Positions 49,680 through 63,499 of a stretch of DNA of 64,000 nucleotides are shown here, piece by piece. The first letter of the stretch is position 1, and each line of letters begins with the position of its first letter. The notes below the pieces were generated by a model. The model searched no databases. It worked only from the letters and a program-made list of their open reading frames with translations, and was not told the DNA's origin. Source of the stretch: Phoronis australis (Eukaryota > Animalia > Phoronida); assembly GCA_002633005.1 (NCBI GenBank), contig NMRA01000414.1, forward strand, positions 344,038 through 408,037. The letters are read 5' to 3'. The position numbers and the translations under genes were made by a program.

Positions 49680-52600
49680 CTATCCAAGAACTTCTGACAA
49701 GAACTTCAGTTTACTGCCATACATATCTATCACACTAATTTGCGTCTCAGTTGCTATGGTTTCAAAGGCAACTTTCCATGCATTGCTGACATTTTCTTTC
49801 TTCAACTGCCTGAAACCGAAACGACCAAGGTTAATACTACAATACTTCCAACAAATTATCAAAACTTAATGACAAAATCTAAACCAAATTTAACCAAAAA
49901 TTTCTCGTACACTCAGTAGAAAACATTTTATCCTGGTGACAGTTACATTACTCATGATACTAGCGAGTGAGACATAATGGCAGTTAAAAGTGATCATTGT
50001 TGTCTCTTGTGATGATGGTAAAAAACGAGAAAAAAATTACGTACTAGGAGACGTTTAATTAGTTGAACTTGACATTTCAAGCCTGCAGCTCAGGCCCTTG
50101 ATCACATGACTGTCGTTCTCATCTTTACATCCGTGAAATCAAACATGATCTGGGCACCTGCTTTGCAGAACACAAAAAAACTGGACAAACCTGTTGTTAT
50201 TGGTGACCACTGAGTTTCATCTGGTCACACCATCAATGATGACAATACACAAGTTTTATCCAGAGAGGAACATTGGTACTCCCATAAGACCAAATAGGTC
50301 ATTTAAGTGCTATCCCCCCACTTAACTGTGACTAGGGACTGCATACTCCTATTTATGATCAGGTGTTACTTCCGGTTTCACAACGGCAGAAGGAACACTC
50401 ATGTGATCAAGGGCCTGAGCTACAGGCTTGAAACCTTATGCTGAACTAACTAATTGTCTCCTTGTAAGGGATTTTTCTCGTTTTTTACCTGAGACCTCAT
50501 GAGGTCATGTGCATCACTAGATGCATGGTGTCATCTAGTAAAGACTCACGTGATTTTGCTTGTTATGGTATACTCTCACCAATCCGAACACAATATGGCT
50601 TCGAGTGAAATTTTATTTAGGTGCACTAGATTTCCAAAAACAGTCATGCATGTAATTTTAAGTTTTTGAGCCTCTGCACTTGGTGGTATGTTTTGGCAAA
50701 GCCAAACAGGTAGACTTACCTGTATAAGAACTTTAATACCAAGTCAATCTGAGGCATATTTTTGTCATGAAGAAGATCAGTAAAATACTGAATAATGCGA
50801 TTAACATCTTCTATTTCTGGATCTGAAACAGTATAAAATGCTCAATGCTTGGCCCAACTACAAAATTATTGTCAACGTTTTGCAATTATAATGTTTAACC
50901 TTCACCCTATAATTTCATCCACAGTAACTTCTAACGTTAAAATTACTAAATGTAAAGGACAGACTTTCATAAAATTTGTAATGTTACAGTCCATTCTTTG
51001 TATGCAAATTTATATAAATTGTCTTTCTTTCAAGGATATATTACAAGATTCAAGGCCCTTTCAAGGATGTTTCCAAATTCAAGGACATTTCAAAGGTGCT
51101 CTCACTATCAAGGACTTTTCAAGGGCCACATTTATAGTGATTTCATCCCAGTGCAGGGTCCCTAAAACACAGAGCTAACTAAAGGTGCGAGATACAACAC
51201 ACGTAAAATATGGTTAACATGACCTGAATGCATATTTTTACTTCAAAATTACAAACAGCCTTTAGCTACCTTCTGTAGATTGTAACCAATCCAGTAGTAA
51301 ATGCTTAACATCAGCCAATGAGCTGGCCCCACATAAACTCACGACATTGTTCTCGTCTGACTTCGTATTTGTTGACCCTGGCTCAGATGGTGGAGCAGCA
51401 GAGCCCTGTAGAAAGAAGTTTATTTCTGTACTACAGTAATTCCAGCTATAGATTATACACAACACCATGTTTTTACAAGGAATTCCCAAAAGAGGCGCCA
51501 CTTTCCACTTAGCGAGCAGACGGCTTACTTGCCGGAAGTAAAACCACCACTCACACCAGACGGCACTAGTTAATTTGACTTCTTGGGTAACAGTGTTGGT
51601 TGCACCTTGTGCGTACAATCACAGATTACATCCACTGAGAACATACAGAGTTGGTGGCCCATGTACCAGAGTTTACATTTACTTAGTACAACAAAGTGGG
51701 AAAGAGACTTACAAGCTAACTAAAGCAGCTCTTAAACCCACTTTCAGCAGTAAAATAAACTATTAACTTGATTTGCACCATTTAGTGCAAAAACTAGCAT
51801 CGACTTGGTCTTTACTCAGAAGATAAATTATTTCTTGACCAGGGAAGAACTGAAACATCCATAAGTTAATTGCTTGTGACCATGCTAAGCGTTTTAAATG
51901 ACCAGCCATGACAAGAACACATTATTGAGCCTCATCTTAAGCCATAACAAATCATCAGGTCATTCCAAGGTCAAGAATTGACCTCTTATATGAGTAAGGA
52001 ATAAGTTCAATAAAAGTTTTACTATAATAGTAAATGCCCTAAATCAAAAGTTATTTTTTGATGTAAGGCAGGTCAAACGATTAATTCCTCTGAAACACTG
52101 TGTGTCCGGGCTGAGACTGCAAGTTGCCTTGAGAGACTTTATTTAGATGATCCAGCACAACCACCAGTGTGGACAAAAATAAATTACTAGGACAGGTGTA
52201 CCTTAACACTGACAAGACCCCACCTTTTGATGCTATGCAACGTGTTCCTGCGCAAAGGTCACGTTGACTACTTAGTTTGAAAAACTAATGCAGAATAATG
52301 ATTCGTTCAATATACTCTTAGCCAACTGCCAATCACGACACGGAATGTCTTATTTATTGGTCATACAGCTAATTTTGGCAGCAGCTCCGCCCACATGATG
52401 TCAGTAAATACATAACAGTGCCTCAGTCAGATACAGCACCCAATGGCCAGGTGCTGCCACTTGCAGATTGATGTGCCATCTGGACACAAAGTGAACCAGC
52501 ATGAGCAGATGTGTTTGCCATTGACTTAAAGTTGACGTCAATTTTTATTGCCGGCAACCATATTTTGAGTACCCATTAACACGCACTTAAGACTAGTTTT

Positions 52601-55600
52601 AGAATACACAACAGGGTAGAGTTCAGTAGCTGTCTCGCGGCTAGAAAAATCTAGCCAAAATCACGTTCTCATTTAAAATACACAACAATGCCTAGTGTAA
52701 TCTCGCGAAGGTCTTGATTTTTAGCGAGGTCCTAGCATAGGTCCTAGCATTACTGAACCCTACCCAGGTCTTGCTTACCTCAACGGCATTGTGAGTTTCT
52801 GGAAACTTAAGACTGGTAGGATGTAATGTCTTTTTGTGCCTAGCTGGGCGTCCCCTAGGTGCCTGCAAGTCAAGAAATACAAGGTAATTTACCATAAACT
52901 AATAGCGCAGCGGTATACACCATGCAGTCATGAGCAGATCCCGCCATCTTCCAAGACACAGTTCTCTATTCAGTTAATAATACACAGTAGTTGAAATAAA
53001 GAAGGAACCTGACTGTTCAAAAAGATGATAGCTAAAAAATCATAATCCAAAATTTTGCAGTAATTATCTTCTTATTTTACACAAAAAAATTGCTAAATTT
53101 ATCATTTGCCCGCTTTTCAAAGATTATTTTACTGCAAATAAATTGAAACTTTGTCAAATATTGTTAGGTGACACCTACACAGTACAATCTAGGCTAGCAA
53201 TGGACAAACGTTTCCTTTATCTTTATTTTCGTGAAGAAATTCAACAACTTTTCTACACTTTTCGGCCATATTGTATTAAAAATTTCTGTTACTAAGTTCC
53301 TCTAAATTTGCACTTTTGTTTTAGATCACTTGCCATTATTGTAAAACAGATCCGAATTTAAACCTTAATCCGATGAAAAGTGGTTTCTAGGCTCTGTGTT
53401 ATTGCTGAAGACTATGCCTGACACATAAAATGACCCGCCGAGACAACCCGACTTGTAGAGGCTGATCTCAACCAATAACCAACTGTCTTTCAAAGACTAG
53501 AAATCCCTTTAATTTCACTGAAGACCAGTTTTAAACCAACTCATAATGGTAAAGTGGTCTATATCAAAATTACAGTTTCAGACGGACAGTGAAATTAACC
53601 TGTTTAAATTATACAGATACGAAACCTTGAATGTTGGACTGTTTTTTGACTTTGGTGAAGCTTTACGAGGTGATCTGGCAGCTCGGACATCAGGAGCCTG
53701 TTTCAGCTGAACTGAATGTTGTGCACCTGATGCTGGTTGAACCTGATCTCTGTAAGCCTTTCTGAGTTCTTCTTGAAGGTCATTAGGTAAGGCTTCGAAG
53801 CAGCTTGGGTCTATCTGAAAGCCAAATTGACGCAGAAAGACAATGAAGTCATGGTGTCAGCATGAAATACTACCTTTTTCAAAGTTCAAAAATTCTTTGG
53901 GGTTATTAAGATCACTCTGATAAACAGTTGTGTACATAAGCCAAGTCGCCTCATTGTGTTGCTCATGCAGATTACATAAGAGAGGTTGGGACATATCAAC
54001 CAGTGCTCGACACCTAGCATCTAGCGACTTGGTGAAAATCTCAGGTCGGCAAAACTGACATTGAAATCGTAGACTACAAAAATTTGTAATTTTTCCCAGG
54101 TCGCAAAACACAATCTGAGTTTGCATATTTAGTGACCTCAGTGCTGTTCACCAAATCAAGCACTGTCAACAAAGCAACAGCAGAAGCAAATCATGTTATT
54201 TCTCTTTATCTGTTGTAGTTTTTAGTGGCAGATCTTAGACTAGTTTTTGTACTCCGCAGGACCAAAAAGCCACAAGCAGGCAGCAGTTACCAAGGACACA
54301 AATCTCTGTTGTCTTTAATCCCCCACACAAAAGAAGCCAGTCATAAAAGTCTAGGCACTGTTGTAATAGCCTAAATGTAATCCCAAATCATAAGAAGGAT
54401 TCATAGTTGCCAGTTGATTTCAGTGAGACAAGCAGCTGAGTAATCCAAGTAACATACAATGTTGTGCTGAATGTAAGGAATTACAGAGAAGTCTTTACAT
54501 GTTCATAGCACGAGAATAAATTGATTATTTGCTCACCTGACCAAAATCTACAATGTCTTCATGAAGTACAAGAAATTTCACATGAAAAGTAAGAGAATGA
54601 TGTAAACGCCAATAGCATTATTTAAAATAAATACAAATCAAACAGTGCTGATGTGTAAAAGTTCGACGGAAACAATAAATTATTCAGTAATACCTACGAC
54701 CATCTCTTCCTGCTATGACTCATATGTAGATATTAGATAAACGGCCAACAAACATGGCAATATTCGGATATAGCGTTCACATATTTTGAGAATTAGTTTA
54801 ATGCCCGTTACTTAAAGCAGAAACTGGTTCTCAAAATTCGAGCGCATTGTAGCCAACTATTCCCACAAACACAACACAACTTCTCCATTCAGTACTTTGT
54901 CCTGAACATGTTTAGAACACTTATAATTCACCCACTGCTGAAAACTAAAGCCTACCTGTGAGAATGACGGCAAAGCAACTATGGGGCTTGATGGTATCTC
55001 GTCAGAAGACTGTGCACTCAGCGGCAGTTGACTTTGCCAGTGGGAACAGCCTGGTTCGGAACCTGACGTCAGTACCCTCTTACCTGCTGATGAGTGTTGG
55101 TAGGAGGCCAACACCTGCTCTCGTATATCAGCAGGGAGCTCCTTCAATACCTCTGGGTCTAACTGTAAACAGGTGAAGGAATCTATAACAACTAAAAGAA
55201 GCAAAAATCCAACTATCGCCAAATAGGTGAAATTTCATACTAGCTGACAATGGGCAAAGAAAACATTTTCCTTCTTCTAATTCAAGATTCCAAATTAAAT
55301 TTTTCAATTGTAAATACCGGAGCTTGGAATGATCAATGATAACAAGAGGAAAATTTCCCGTACCCCAATTAAGTAGGCTTGAGGTATAGAAATATTTTCT
55401 GTGTTGTAAAATTTAACTGACAGAAATAAATGGTTTTGCATGAAGAAAGGAAAAATAATGATAAAAAGAGACAGAAAAGGAAACTGCAAGTCAAATAAGA
55501 AGAAACTGAAATAAAAAAGAGGAAATCCTCTTAAATGAGGAATTTCCAAGCCCTGAAATAATTATATATTTATCTGACTTTATTTACACTTAGCAATTCA

Positions 55601-58600
55601 GTTATGATAATTAATAATATAAATAGTTAAATCGAATAGCATCTTCACTATAAAGTGCTGGTCTCCCAGAGGTCATTGAGAAAACACTAAGTCATTATGA
55701 TACAGTTCATAATAAATCAGTTTAAACTAACACTCGGAATACTCCATAACATACACAGAGTTTAAACAACAAGACTATAGAGAAGTACAGTAAATACGAC
55801 GGGAAAGAGTTAAGCAACTAACCCTCGATGAAAATCACCATTTGTCAGACATCTTCCACCAAATGTTGTGCTCATAGCTTACCAAGTTGCATGTTAAAGT
55901 AGGCGCACACAAAGCTTCATGGGTTTTGCATACTTGGCACTCAACAATTGTTGCATCAAGTGCAATGCTAGGGTTAATGCTACTTTGGCCACGTCAAGGA
56001 GTGATACTGCTGTGACAGATTTCCTTCGTAATGCATATTTTTTTACACGCACAGCCAAAGCGTCAGTATGTGTGTGGAGTATGTGTTGCTTGTTTACATC
56101 TCACAGAACATGCGCACTAACATTCTCACAATACGGCTATTTTTCGTGTGAAAAGTTGACCGATCACATGAAGATTGCTGCATTTAGAAGGCAGGGTTTG
56201 AGGCAATGTCGCGTGCAAACTAAGCTTTGTCATATATCCATGGCCATGTGTATTCTGGCGCCTTGCAGTTGCTGCTTCGTGTTTGGTTAGCATTAGAAAG
56301 AGTCCTGCTTGAGAGTGATTATTAATTTTAATCCAGTAATTGAAGTTTGCAATAAATCAAACATGGTATGCAAGTTATTGTTACCTGCGATGGAGATGGT
56401 AAGAAAGACTGAACCCCTGTTTGAGTGTCTGTCCGACAAGACGTATGACTCTGTATTCGTGGAGGAGAGTTCAATGTATCCTCTTCGCTGTTGTCCAGTG
56501 AAGGCAGTGTTGGTAAAGGTGGTAACTCACGAACGGCAGTTCTACGCCTGCAAACATCAATCTTTAAAGCCAAATATTAAACAAAATTAAGTGGCCGTTA
56601 AATCAGCCTATACCTGATCATTCTCCCTCACAGGCCACGAGACCTTCTCAATAATAATAGTGCTTTTCGGAATACTACAATCTTTTTTCATGCATCGTAA
56701 TTTTGTTCTTACATACATGTTTTCTCATCGTTGGAACACTGTACCAAGCATATTTGGAACGAGGCACATGTCACTTGTCAAAAAAAATTTGTTCGCAAGA
56801 ACATGTCTACAGTGTATGAAAAAAGAAAAATGATTTATTTTGCCTTTTAATAATAACATCCTGAGGGAAGAACGCTCTCTATCTTAATTGGCAACGGCAC
56901 ATTCTGAAAATCAATCTAAGTGCAAAACTGCGTCAAAATTTAGAAAAATCTACTCAGTGCCAAGATCAGTGTATGGGCAAAAACCAAATGCACGCAGGAC
57001 TTTACCACACCATTGAATCGAAATGCACACACAAAAAGGGAAATATCACCCCATTTTGAATCGTGCAGCCAGCTGACTTATAAGAGGTGAAAAGTGTTGA
57101 CATTCTGAGCTTCTGCGTGGACTTCAGCAACTTCATTAACCAATAGAAACCCTTATGTTACCTTGAAGTCGGTTCCACTTCAGTAACCACAGGTGGCGCT
57201 GAAGTATCAGTGGATTCCTCTGCACACTTTTGACTCTTCTCTATTTTACGGGCATAGTTCAGTATACCACCTTTAGCAACCTTTGACCCGTCTTCAAGCT
57301 TTTGCGTCTGTATTCCAATCTGGCAGAAGATGTGAACAATTATTTTCAGAAAGATAATTACTATTCTTGAGTTGTCCAGCTGAAATTAGCATAAAGCAAA
57401 ACTGTGTTGACTGCAGAAATGCAAATTTCAAAATCAGTTAACAGTAAAGTTCACACTATCAACCAAAAAGATGCTAATTATGGATAACTGCGACAACAGT
57501 ATTTTGTTAGGTACAGATACAGACAAGAGCAACGCAGAGCGTTGAAATGCGCCCACAATTGCACCGCATACGGTATCCTTCTAGGGTTGTTTATTGGTAT
57601 CATAAAGTGGCCAGTAGAGGGCATATATGTAGTATGTTGTACTTAGCAAAATGGAAAGGCATGGTCATTGTCTCCTCAATAGGCTAGGGGCAAAATGTGA
57701 GTAATCTTCATAATACAAGCACATCCTATACACCAGTTGCTTAAAGCACCACAGAAACATANNNNNNNNNNNNNNNNNNNNNNNNNNNNNNNNNNNNNNN
57801 NNNNNNNNNNNNNNNNNNNNNNNNNNNNNNNNNNNNNNNNNNNNNNNNNNNNNNNNNNNNNNNNNNNNNNNNNNNNNNNNNNNNNNNNNNNNNNNNNNNN
57901 NNNNNNNNNNNNNNNNNNNNNNNNNNNNNNNNNNNNNNNNNNNNNNNNNNNNNNNNNNNNNNNNNNNNNNNNNNNNNNNNNNNNNNNNNNNNNNNNNNNN
58001 NNNNNNNNNNNNNNNNNNNNNNNNNNNNNNNNNNNNNNNNNNNNNNNNNNNNNNNNNNNNNNNNNNNNNNNNNNNNNNNNNNNNNNNNNNNNNNNNNNNN
58101 NNNNNNNNNNNNNNNNNNNNNNNNNNNNNNNNNNNNNNNNNNNNNNNNNNNNNNNNNNNNNNNNNNNNNNNNNNNNNNNNNNNNNNNNNNNNNNNNNNNN
58201 NNNNNNNNNNNNNNNNNNNNNNNNNNNNNNNNNNNNNNNNNNNNNNNNNNNNNNNNNNNNNNNNNNNNNNNNNNNNNNNNNNNNNNNNNNNNNNNNNNNN
58301 NNNNNNNNNNNNAAAACTGCCACTAGGAGGCGCCACAGTAGTCGAAATCGTCGGAAAATCATCGTCAACCGTCCTCTACATAGTAAGCATATACATGCCA
58401 ATTTTCACAATCATCCTTTGAGCGGTTTGGTTGATAGAGGGGTGGACGCACAAAAACACTCGAAAACACTAAAAATGGCCACTAGGTGGCGCAAACTATG
58501 TCGAATCCATCTGAAAACGGCAGGATAGCGTCATCTCACTAATAGGTGCCTACATACCAAATTTCATGAAAATTCGTTCAGGACTTTTGAAGATACAAAG

Positions 58601-61600
58601 GTAAGCGTAAAAAACTAAAATTGCCACTAGGGGACACACCGGTAGTCGGATCCGTCCGAAAATTCGCACATTCCGTCCCATTTATGAATGGAACATATGT
58701 GCCAAATTTCATGAACGTATGTCAAAGGGTTTTGGAGATAGAGCAGCGGACGCCGGACGCCAGACGCCGCCCGGACGGACGGACAGAGATGACGGCATAA
58801 TGCGTCCACATATAAATATGTGGGCGCATAAAAAAAAATACTTCAACATACTCATATGATACGTCTCAAAAATATAAGGCAGCACTTTTTCTATTAAACG
58901 TGGTTTGTTGAGAAGAAGTGCTTGTGGTAGTGGTAACCATGTTCACGTTCAAAGCTCGTGACACTTTTGAGATGAGTCGTATGAGCCAATGATCGTCCTC
59001 CAATCAGCAATTTAATTTAGTTTTTACTTCTGAATCAGTTTTTCAAGCCACTATGCAATTAAAGTTGTTGATAAATAAACGTAGGATCAAAGAGGGTGCT
59101 GCAGAATTTCAGCGAGTGACTATTATGGCTGATGTCAACAAGTTTGGAATCACTAGACGTATACAACCTGCCAGTCAACCTATGAAAATATCAGTGAAAT
59201 ATCAGTAAAGACATGATAGAGCCTGGTTTTCAACCAAACATCATAATCACAAAGATTGAGTGTACGACAAAGACATTCAAGCTCAGTTTGTGCTCACCCC
59301 CCTAAGGTCTGCAACATTCAACTTCAATGTTTTATACAAATTAAGGCATTCCTTGTAGATAATCTTCGGATCATCAGTGGCCACAGACAGTGTATATGAC
59401 TTGGCTATGTTGTCACAAACACCATGACCTGAAATAGAATCACACTTTTCTCCAGTTTGGCAACAGTTTTAAAGTGGGTGATGTTGCTCTTAAAGTTTCT
59501 CCAACCTCATGGTAATTTTGATATAATAGACAAAACGAAAGCACACCAACGATTTATTGTCACAAAACCACGTGCTGAGTCTTACCACAACACATTTAAC
59601 AAGTATGCTACAAATTATTTAGTACAACACCATGATTGCTAACTCTAAGTACGACTTTCACCCAATCACCTTTCTGTTGGTATCTAATGTGAAATTCATC
59701 TGCTTGAATGTGTACTATCAAAGACCTCAACATATTATAGTAAAAAAACATTTTGATCGTAAGAGATATTTTGAAATATGCCTTTGCCCTAAAGAGGTAT
59801 ACCCATAAATTTCAGGGTTTCCTTTGGTGCATCGGCCTTCCTAACTTTCAGTTTCAGCGTCACTCCTTTTGCTTTTACGCCAATTTTCTTCAAACGTCTA
59901 GAAACTTCTTCTGACAAGTCTTTCAGAAACTTCTCCAATTCTGAAAACTAAAAATGGGTTTCCGTTGGAAATTATTTGGTACTACAATTATTGGAGCTTT
60001 ACTTGACTTAGAAATTGTGTTTACAAGATACACCCCACTAAACCTTATCCTCTGCAGATAGTGCATTACCATAACCTTTGTCCAATAAACCTAATCGGGT
60101 GGAAATAATTACAGGTGCAACATATTCTAACAAGGATTTACATTGCTCAGTTAACTGAAGCACCTCTTTGTGAATAAGCTTGAGTTGCTGCTTGGCTGGG
60201 GTAGACTAGGTTTGGTGTAGCAAGGCTTGTAAAGGCTACTTTTATGGTATGATTATGTCAATCGAGGTACTGATAAAGTATGGGGAGTTAACAAAGAAGG
60301 AACATGGATTTTGTGAATCTAGTAGATTTCCCTCCCTGAAAATATGAAAAGGAATATGCCAGAATGAGTTGGTGAAAAATAAAATTATAGTAGGTAATTA
60401 CTTACAGAGATAAATCTCGGGAACAGATGTAAAAGAATAGAAGATGTGAAGCAGATTCAGTTTGTCATAATTGCAGTTTGCTTTAAAACTACAACTAGTA
60501 GTGCAGGGTGAAAGGGTGTGCTTTGCCAAGACAGAGCGTCGAATATTATGAAAATGCAGCCATCCACAAACACTCTATGCAAATGAAAAAGAGAAATATT
60601 GTAACACAAAGGTTAATACACTAGGTCTCCTGCTCTATGTTGACATCATTCAATCATCCGTTCATTGCCAATGCAGTAACATTGAATACCTGAGTAAATC
60701 TGATTCCATAGTTGATTTCCGCCGAGACAGACTTCCTCTCCTTCTCCACCTTCACAGTTCTGTTGTCCAATCCACGACTGTTGTTGTACAATTGCTGTCC
60801 AGTTTTCTGACCAAATTCTTTCTGTAGTGTAGCTAGAGACACCTTCTGGAGGTCACCACAAGTAGTGACATCCATAGATTGAAGCCTACCAGCCGTGGAC
60901 CAACCAACACCTAGATTAATATCGTGTGCGGACTTCCTTGTTATCTTTCAATCTGCCACTTGAATAATTTATGACACAAGAGATTTTCAAACTGGCATAT
61001 AGTGCATGGCAGGATCATTCATAAATGTTCAAGTCAATGCTCCCACTTTCAATTAAAACAAACTACACATATAAATATGGGCAACAGCTAACCTCCTTCA
61101 CGTGAAGAATGGATTGAAGTTTGACAAATGGTAACACCTCCTATGCAAACATGTTGATTAATATTTTAAAACAAATAACTCTTTGATAAGCTATTGAGAA
61201 GATAGTTATCCTGGGGGCACTTCAATTTGCTATTTATTTACTAGAAGACTTCTAAGTATTACCGTAGAAATACAAGGCAATATTGTGTGGAGTCTTGCGT
61301 AATCTCATCAAATTAATAGCGATGTGGAATCCACCCTGAAGAAAAAACCCTCATCAAAATGGTCTCAAGTGCTGAAAGATACACTTGAATTATTGAATCA
61401 CAATGCACAGCCATCGTCATTCCAAAACAAGAATGAGGCCATGAGAATATTTCAAAATCAGCAGACTTCGAAAAACTAAGTGTGAACATTAACCGCATGT
61501 GTCTGTCAATTCTTTCCGAAATGACTACGACCAGAATACTGTTTGCTAATTATCCATAATCCATGTGGAAAAGAAGTTAGCAACAAAATAATAAATTAAA

Positions 61601-62701
61601 TATTATGCACTTCACCTGGCAGATCTTTTATTGGTTGTTTCTTGATGAACTCTGGCACTTTTAATTGGTCCAAGTAGAACTGACCATTAGGCTTGGCCAC
61701 GCGTGTGGCCATTCTAGCGAGCAGTATATTTTCAGCTGAAAAAAAAGGTTTCATGAAAACCAGCGCGACTTGTTGCAAAGACCTTGAACCTATGTAAGCT
61801 GAAACCATTAGGCTGAAAGTGATGCAGGCAGGTGTTCTTATAAGTCATTAAGTTCAGGTCTCAAAATGAATCGAGGTAAAGACAAGAAACGACCATGCTT
61901 TTTTGTTTGGCCTTATATACTATGCAAATACGAGTAGCACAATCAATGATGATTCAATTACATTGAAAATGAAGTATTTACATTACATTTCATCGTGAGT
62001 CTTTATTGAAACTCAACGAAACAAGATAAAACACTGACAACTAAATCCACATCACTCCACAAATCTTAGTCTCCGTAGCAGAAAGAACTCGTCAACTGCC
62101 ACTTCAAGAAATTACACAGCCTCCCCCCTCCCACTGTTCTTGCAGTATCCACACACAGTGATAATCACTATTTCATCCATAATAACTTACCATTCGTAAT
62201 CAAGTTTCATGGCTACACAGTGAGTTGTAGTACAAACATCTAAAAATTTGATAAGCTGAGTGGGGCATGATATATCGTTCTTCACGTGTTGGCACAGAAA
62301 CGAATTTTTATAGTGGCCTCACCTTTCAAAAACTAAGGTCAATCATCAAACTAGGCCACTCACAGAACTAGGTCAATCATACAAATTTAGCAAGAGAAGA
62401 GTTTTAACTTAATGTTAAAAGTTTCAGATGTGGGTTTTCCTTACCAATGTGACATGTACAATTTCAACAACTCCAGGCACAAAGTGAAACTTATTTCTGT
62501 CCTTTTGTCACGCGAGGTTTATAATTTCAGAACAACGACAACATACCAAGCCCTGCTGAAGCATGGCACCTAGTCTTGCTGAATATTTCATCTCTCATCA
62601 CCTTGGCAACCAACATGGGTGTGGCCCCAGTTGATGCTATCAGCTCTGTGCAGTCAACAAACATCTCATCACAGCTGACAGCCTCAATATCGTGCGTATA
62701 A
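49680..62701 (-). CDS. REV1: DNA repair protein REV1 (Y-family dCMP transferase), 3' portion, 13 exons; 5' end lies beyond the window
   Basis: Exons 62701-62547 (IEAVSCDE catalytic motif), 61735-61616 (NILLARMATRVAKPNGQ), 60910-60690 (GVGWS...RKSVSAEINYGIRF), 59947-59803, 59428-59298 (GHGVCDN), 57319-57162, 56547-56385, 55162-54956 (UBM1 LDPEVLKELPADIREQV), 53814-53626 (UBM2 IDPSCFEALPNDLQEEL), 52862-52779, 51405-51270, 50822-50720, 49809-49680 (C-terminal domain, YGSKLK, TAG). Confidence 0.96.
50017..50489. mobile_element. Foldback/MITE with ~95-bp imperfect inverted arms in the last REV1 intron
   Basis: GGTAAAAAACGAGAAAAA...TTTCAAGCCTGCAGCTCAGGCCCTTGATCACATGA is mirrored by TCATGTGATCAAGGGCCTGAGCTACAGGCTTGAAA...TTTTTCTCGTTTTTTACC. 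No clear TSD. Confidence 0.7.
52614..52765. mobile_element. Small MITE (family A), copy 1
   Basis: TIR GGGTAGAGTTCAGTA / TACTGAACCCTACCC; the body matches 43307-43443 in reverse complement. Confidence 0.7.
55317..55554. mobile_element. Degenerate hAT-like MITE
   Basis: Imperfect TIR CCGGAGCTTGGAA / TTCCAAGCCCTG; AAGAGGAAA-rich interior resembling 42520-42635. Confidence 0.35.
57523..58831 (-). mobile_element. Non-autonomous Helentron (HINE / DINE-1 / pearl-like) in a REV1 intron, spanning the assembly gap
   Basis: Subterminal inverted repeat ATGCGCCCACA (57547-57557) / TGTGGGCGCAT (58819-58829); stem-loop CAACGC-AGA-GCGTTG (57530-57544); terminal palindrome ATGCGTCCACATAT-AA-ATATGTGGGCGCAT; GGAC microsatellite near 58770-58786; central ~150-bp repeats; ends in an A-run. 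Confidence 0.75.
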
Positions 62702-63231
62702 CTACAAGCAAATTTGACTTAGTGTCCAAAAGTGGTGAGATTATACTGTAATTAGATCACAAACTGTTGCAATTGCACAGACTGTTGAAACCTCCATCGC
62801 CATCATTTTTAACACAAAGACTATCATAACTATTCTTGTGAAATCACACCAATGCCGGGACAGACAGACCAACCACAGGCAAAAAGACAGGAAAACAAAC
62901 AGACATCTGCACAGACAGACAGATAAATAGACCATGGCAAATTCCTTTATAAGGGAATAATGTTCATTACTGACTGATGTGCACAGTCACATAATTTTAT
63001 TTCAGTCGAAACTCAGAATACTGTATATGCTCTCCTATTTTCAAAGTGTGCACATTTAAAGGCACAAGTAGGCATTCTTTGCGCATATAAGATACAGGCA
63101 CACACCTTGCCCACAATATAGAACATACAAGAATTAAATAGGTCGTCTTGTTTAACAGGACATAACATAAGTTATCATTTGCCATTTTGTTTTGCCTGTT
63201 TGACTGTCCCTGTCCAAATACAATGTTTTTA

Positions 63232-63408
63232 GTTGACTACATGACCAGAGCACAAGGTGCCAGTGACAGCATGACTAGGACACAATATGCCAACTGAGTA
63301 CATGACCTGGACACAAGGTGACAACTGACTACATGACCAGGGCAAAAGGTGCCAACTGACTACATTACCAGGGCACAAGGTGCCAACTGACTGCATGACC
63401 AGGACACA
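63232..63408. repeat. ~31-bp minisatellite x ~6
   Basis: Consensus CTGACTACATGACCAGGGCACAAGGTGCCAA. Confidence 0.85.
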
Positions 63409-63499
63409 CCCAAACATGCACACACATACACAATAATTTATATAGTAAATGAGATTATAATTGAAATTTGGCTTCAAGTATAGGGTGACCATGTATACC

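Noticed and set aside
57665-58528. Three longest ORFs in the track (223-263 aa)
   Set aside because: Artefacts of translating through the N-gap.
63232-63408. CRISPR-like periodicity (~31 bp)
   Set aside because: Contiguous tandem units with no unique spacers, no cas genes, and a eukaryotic intron context.
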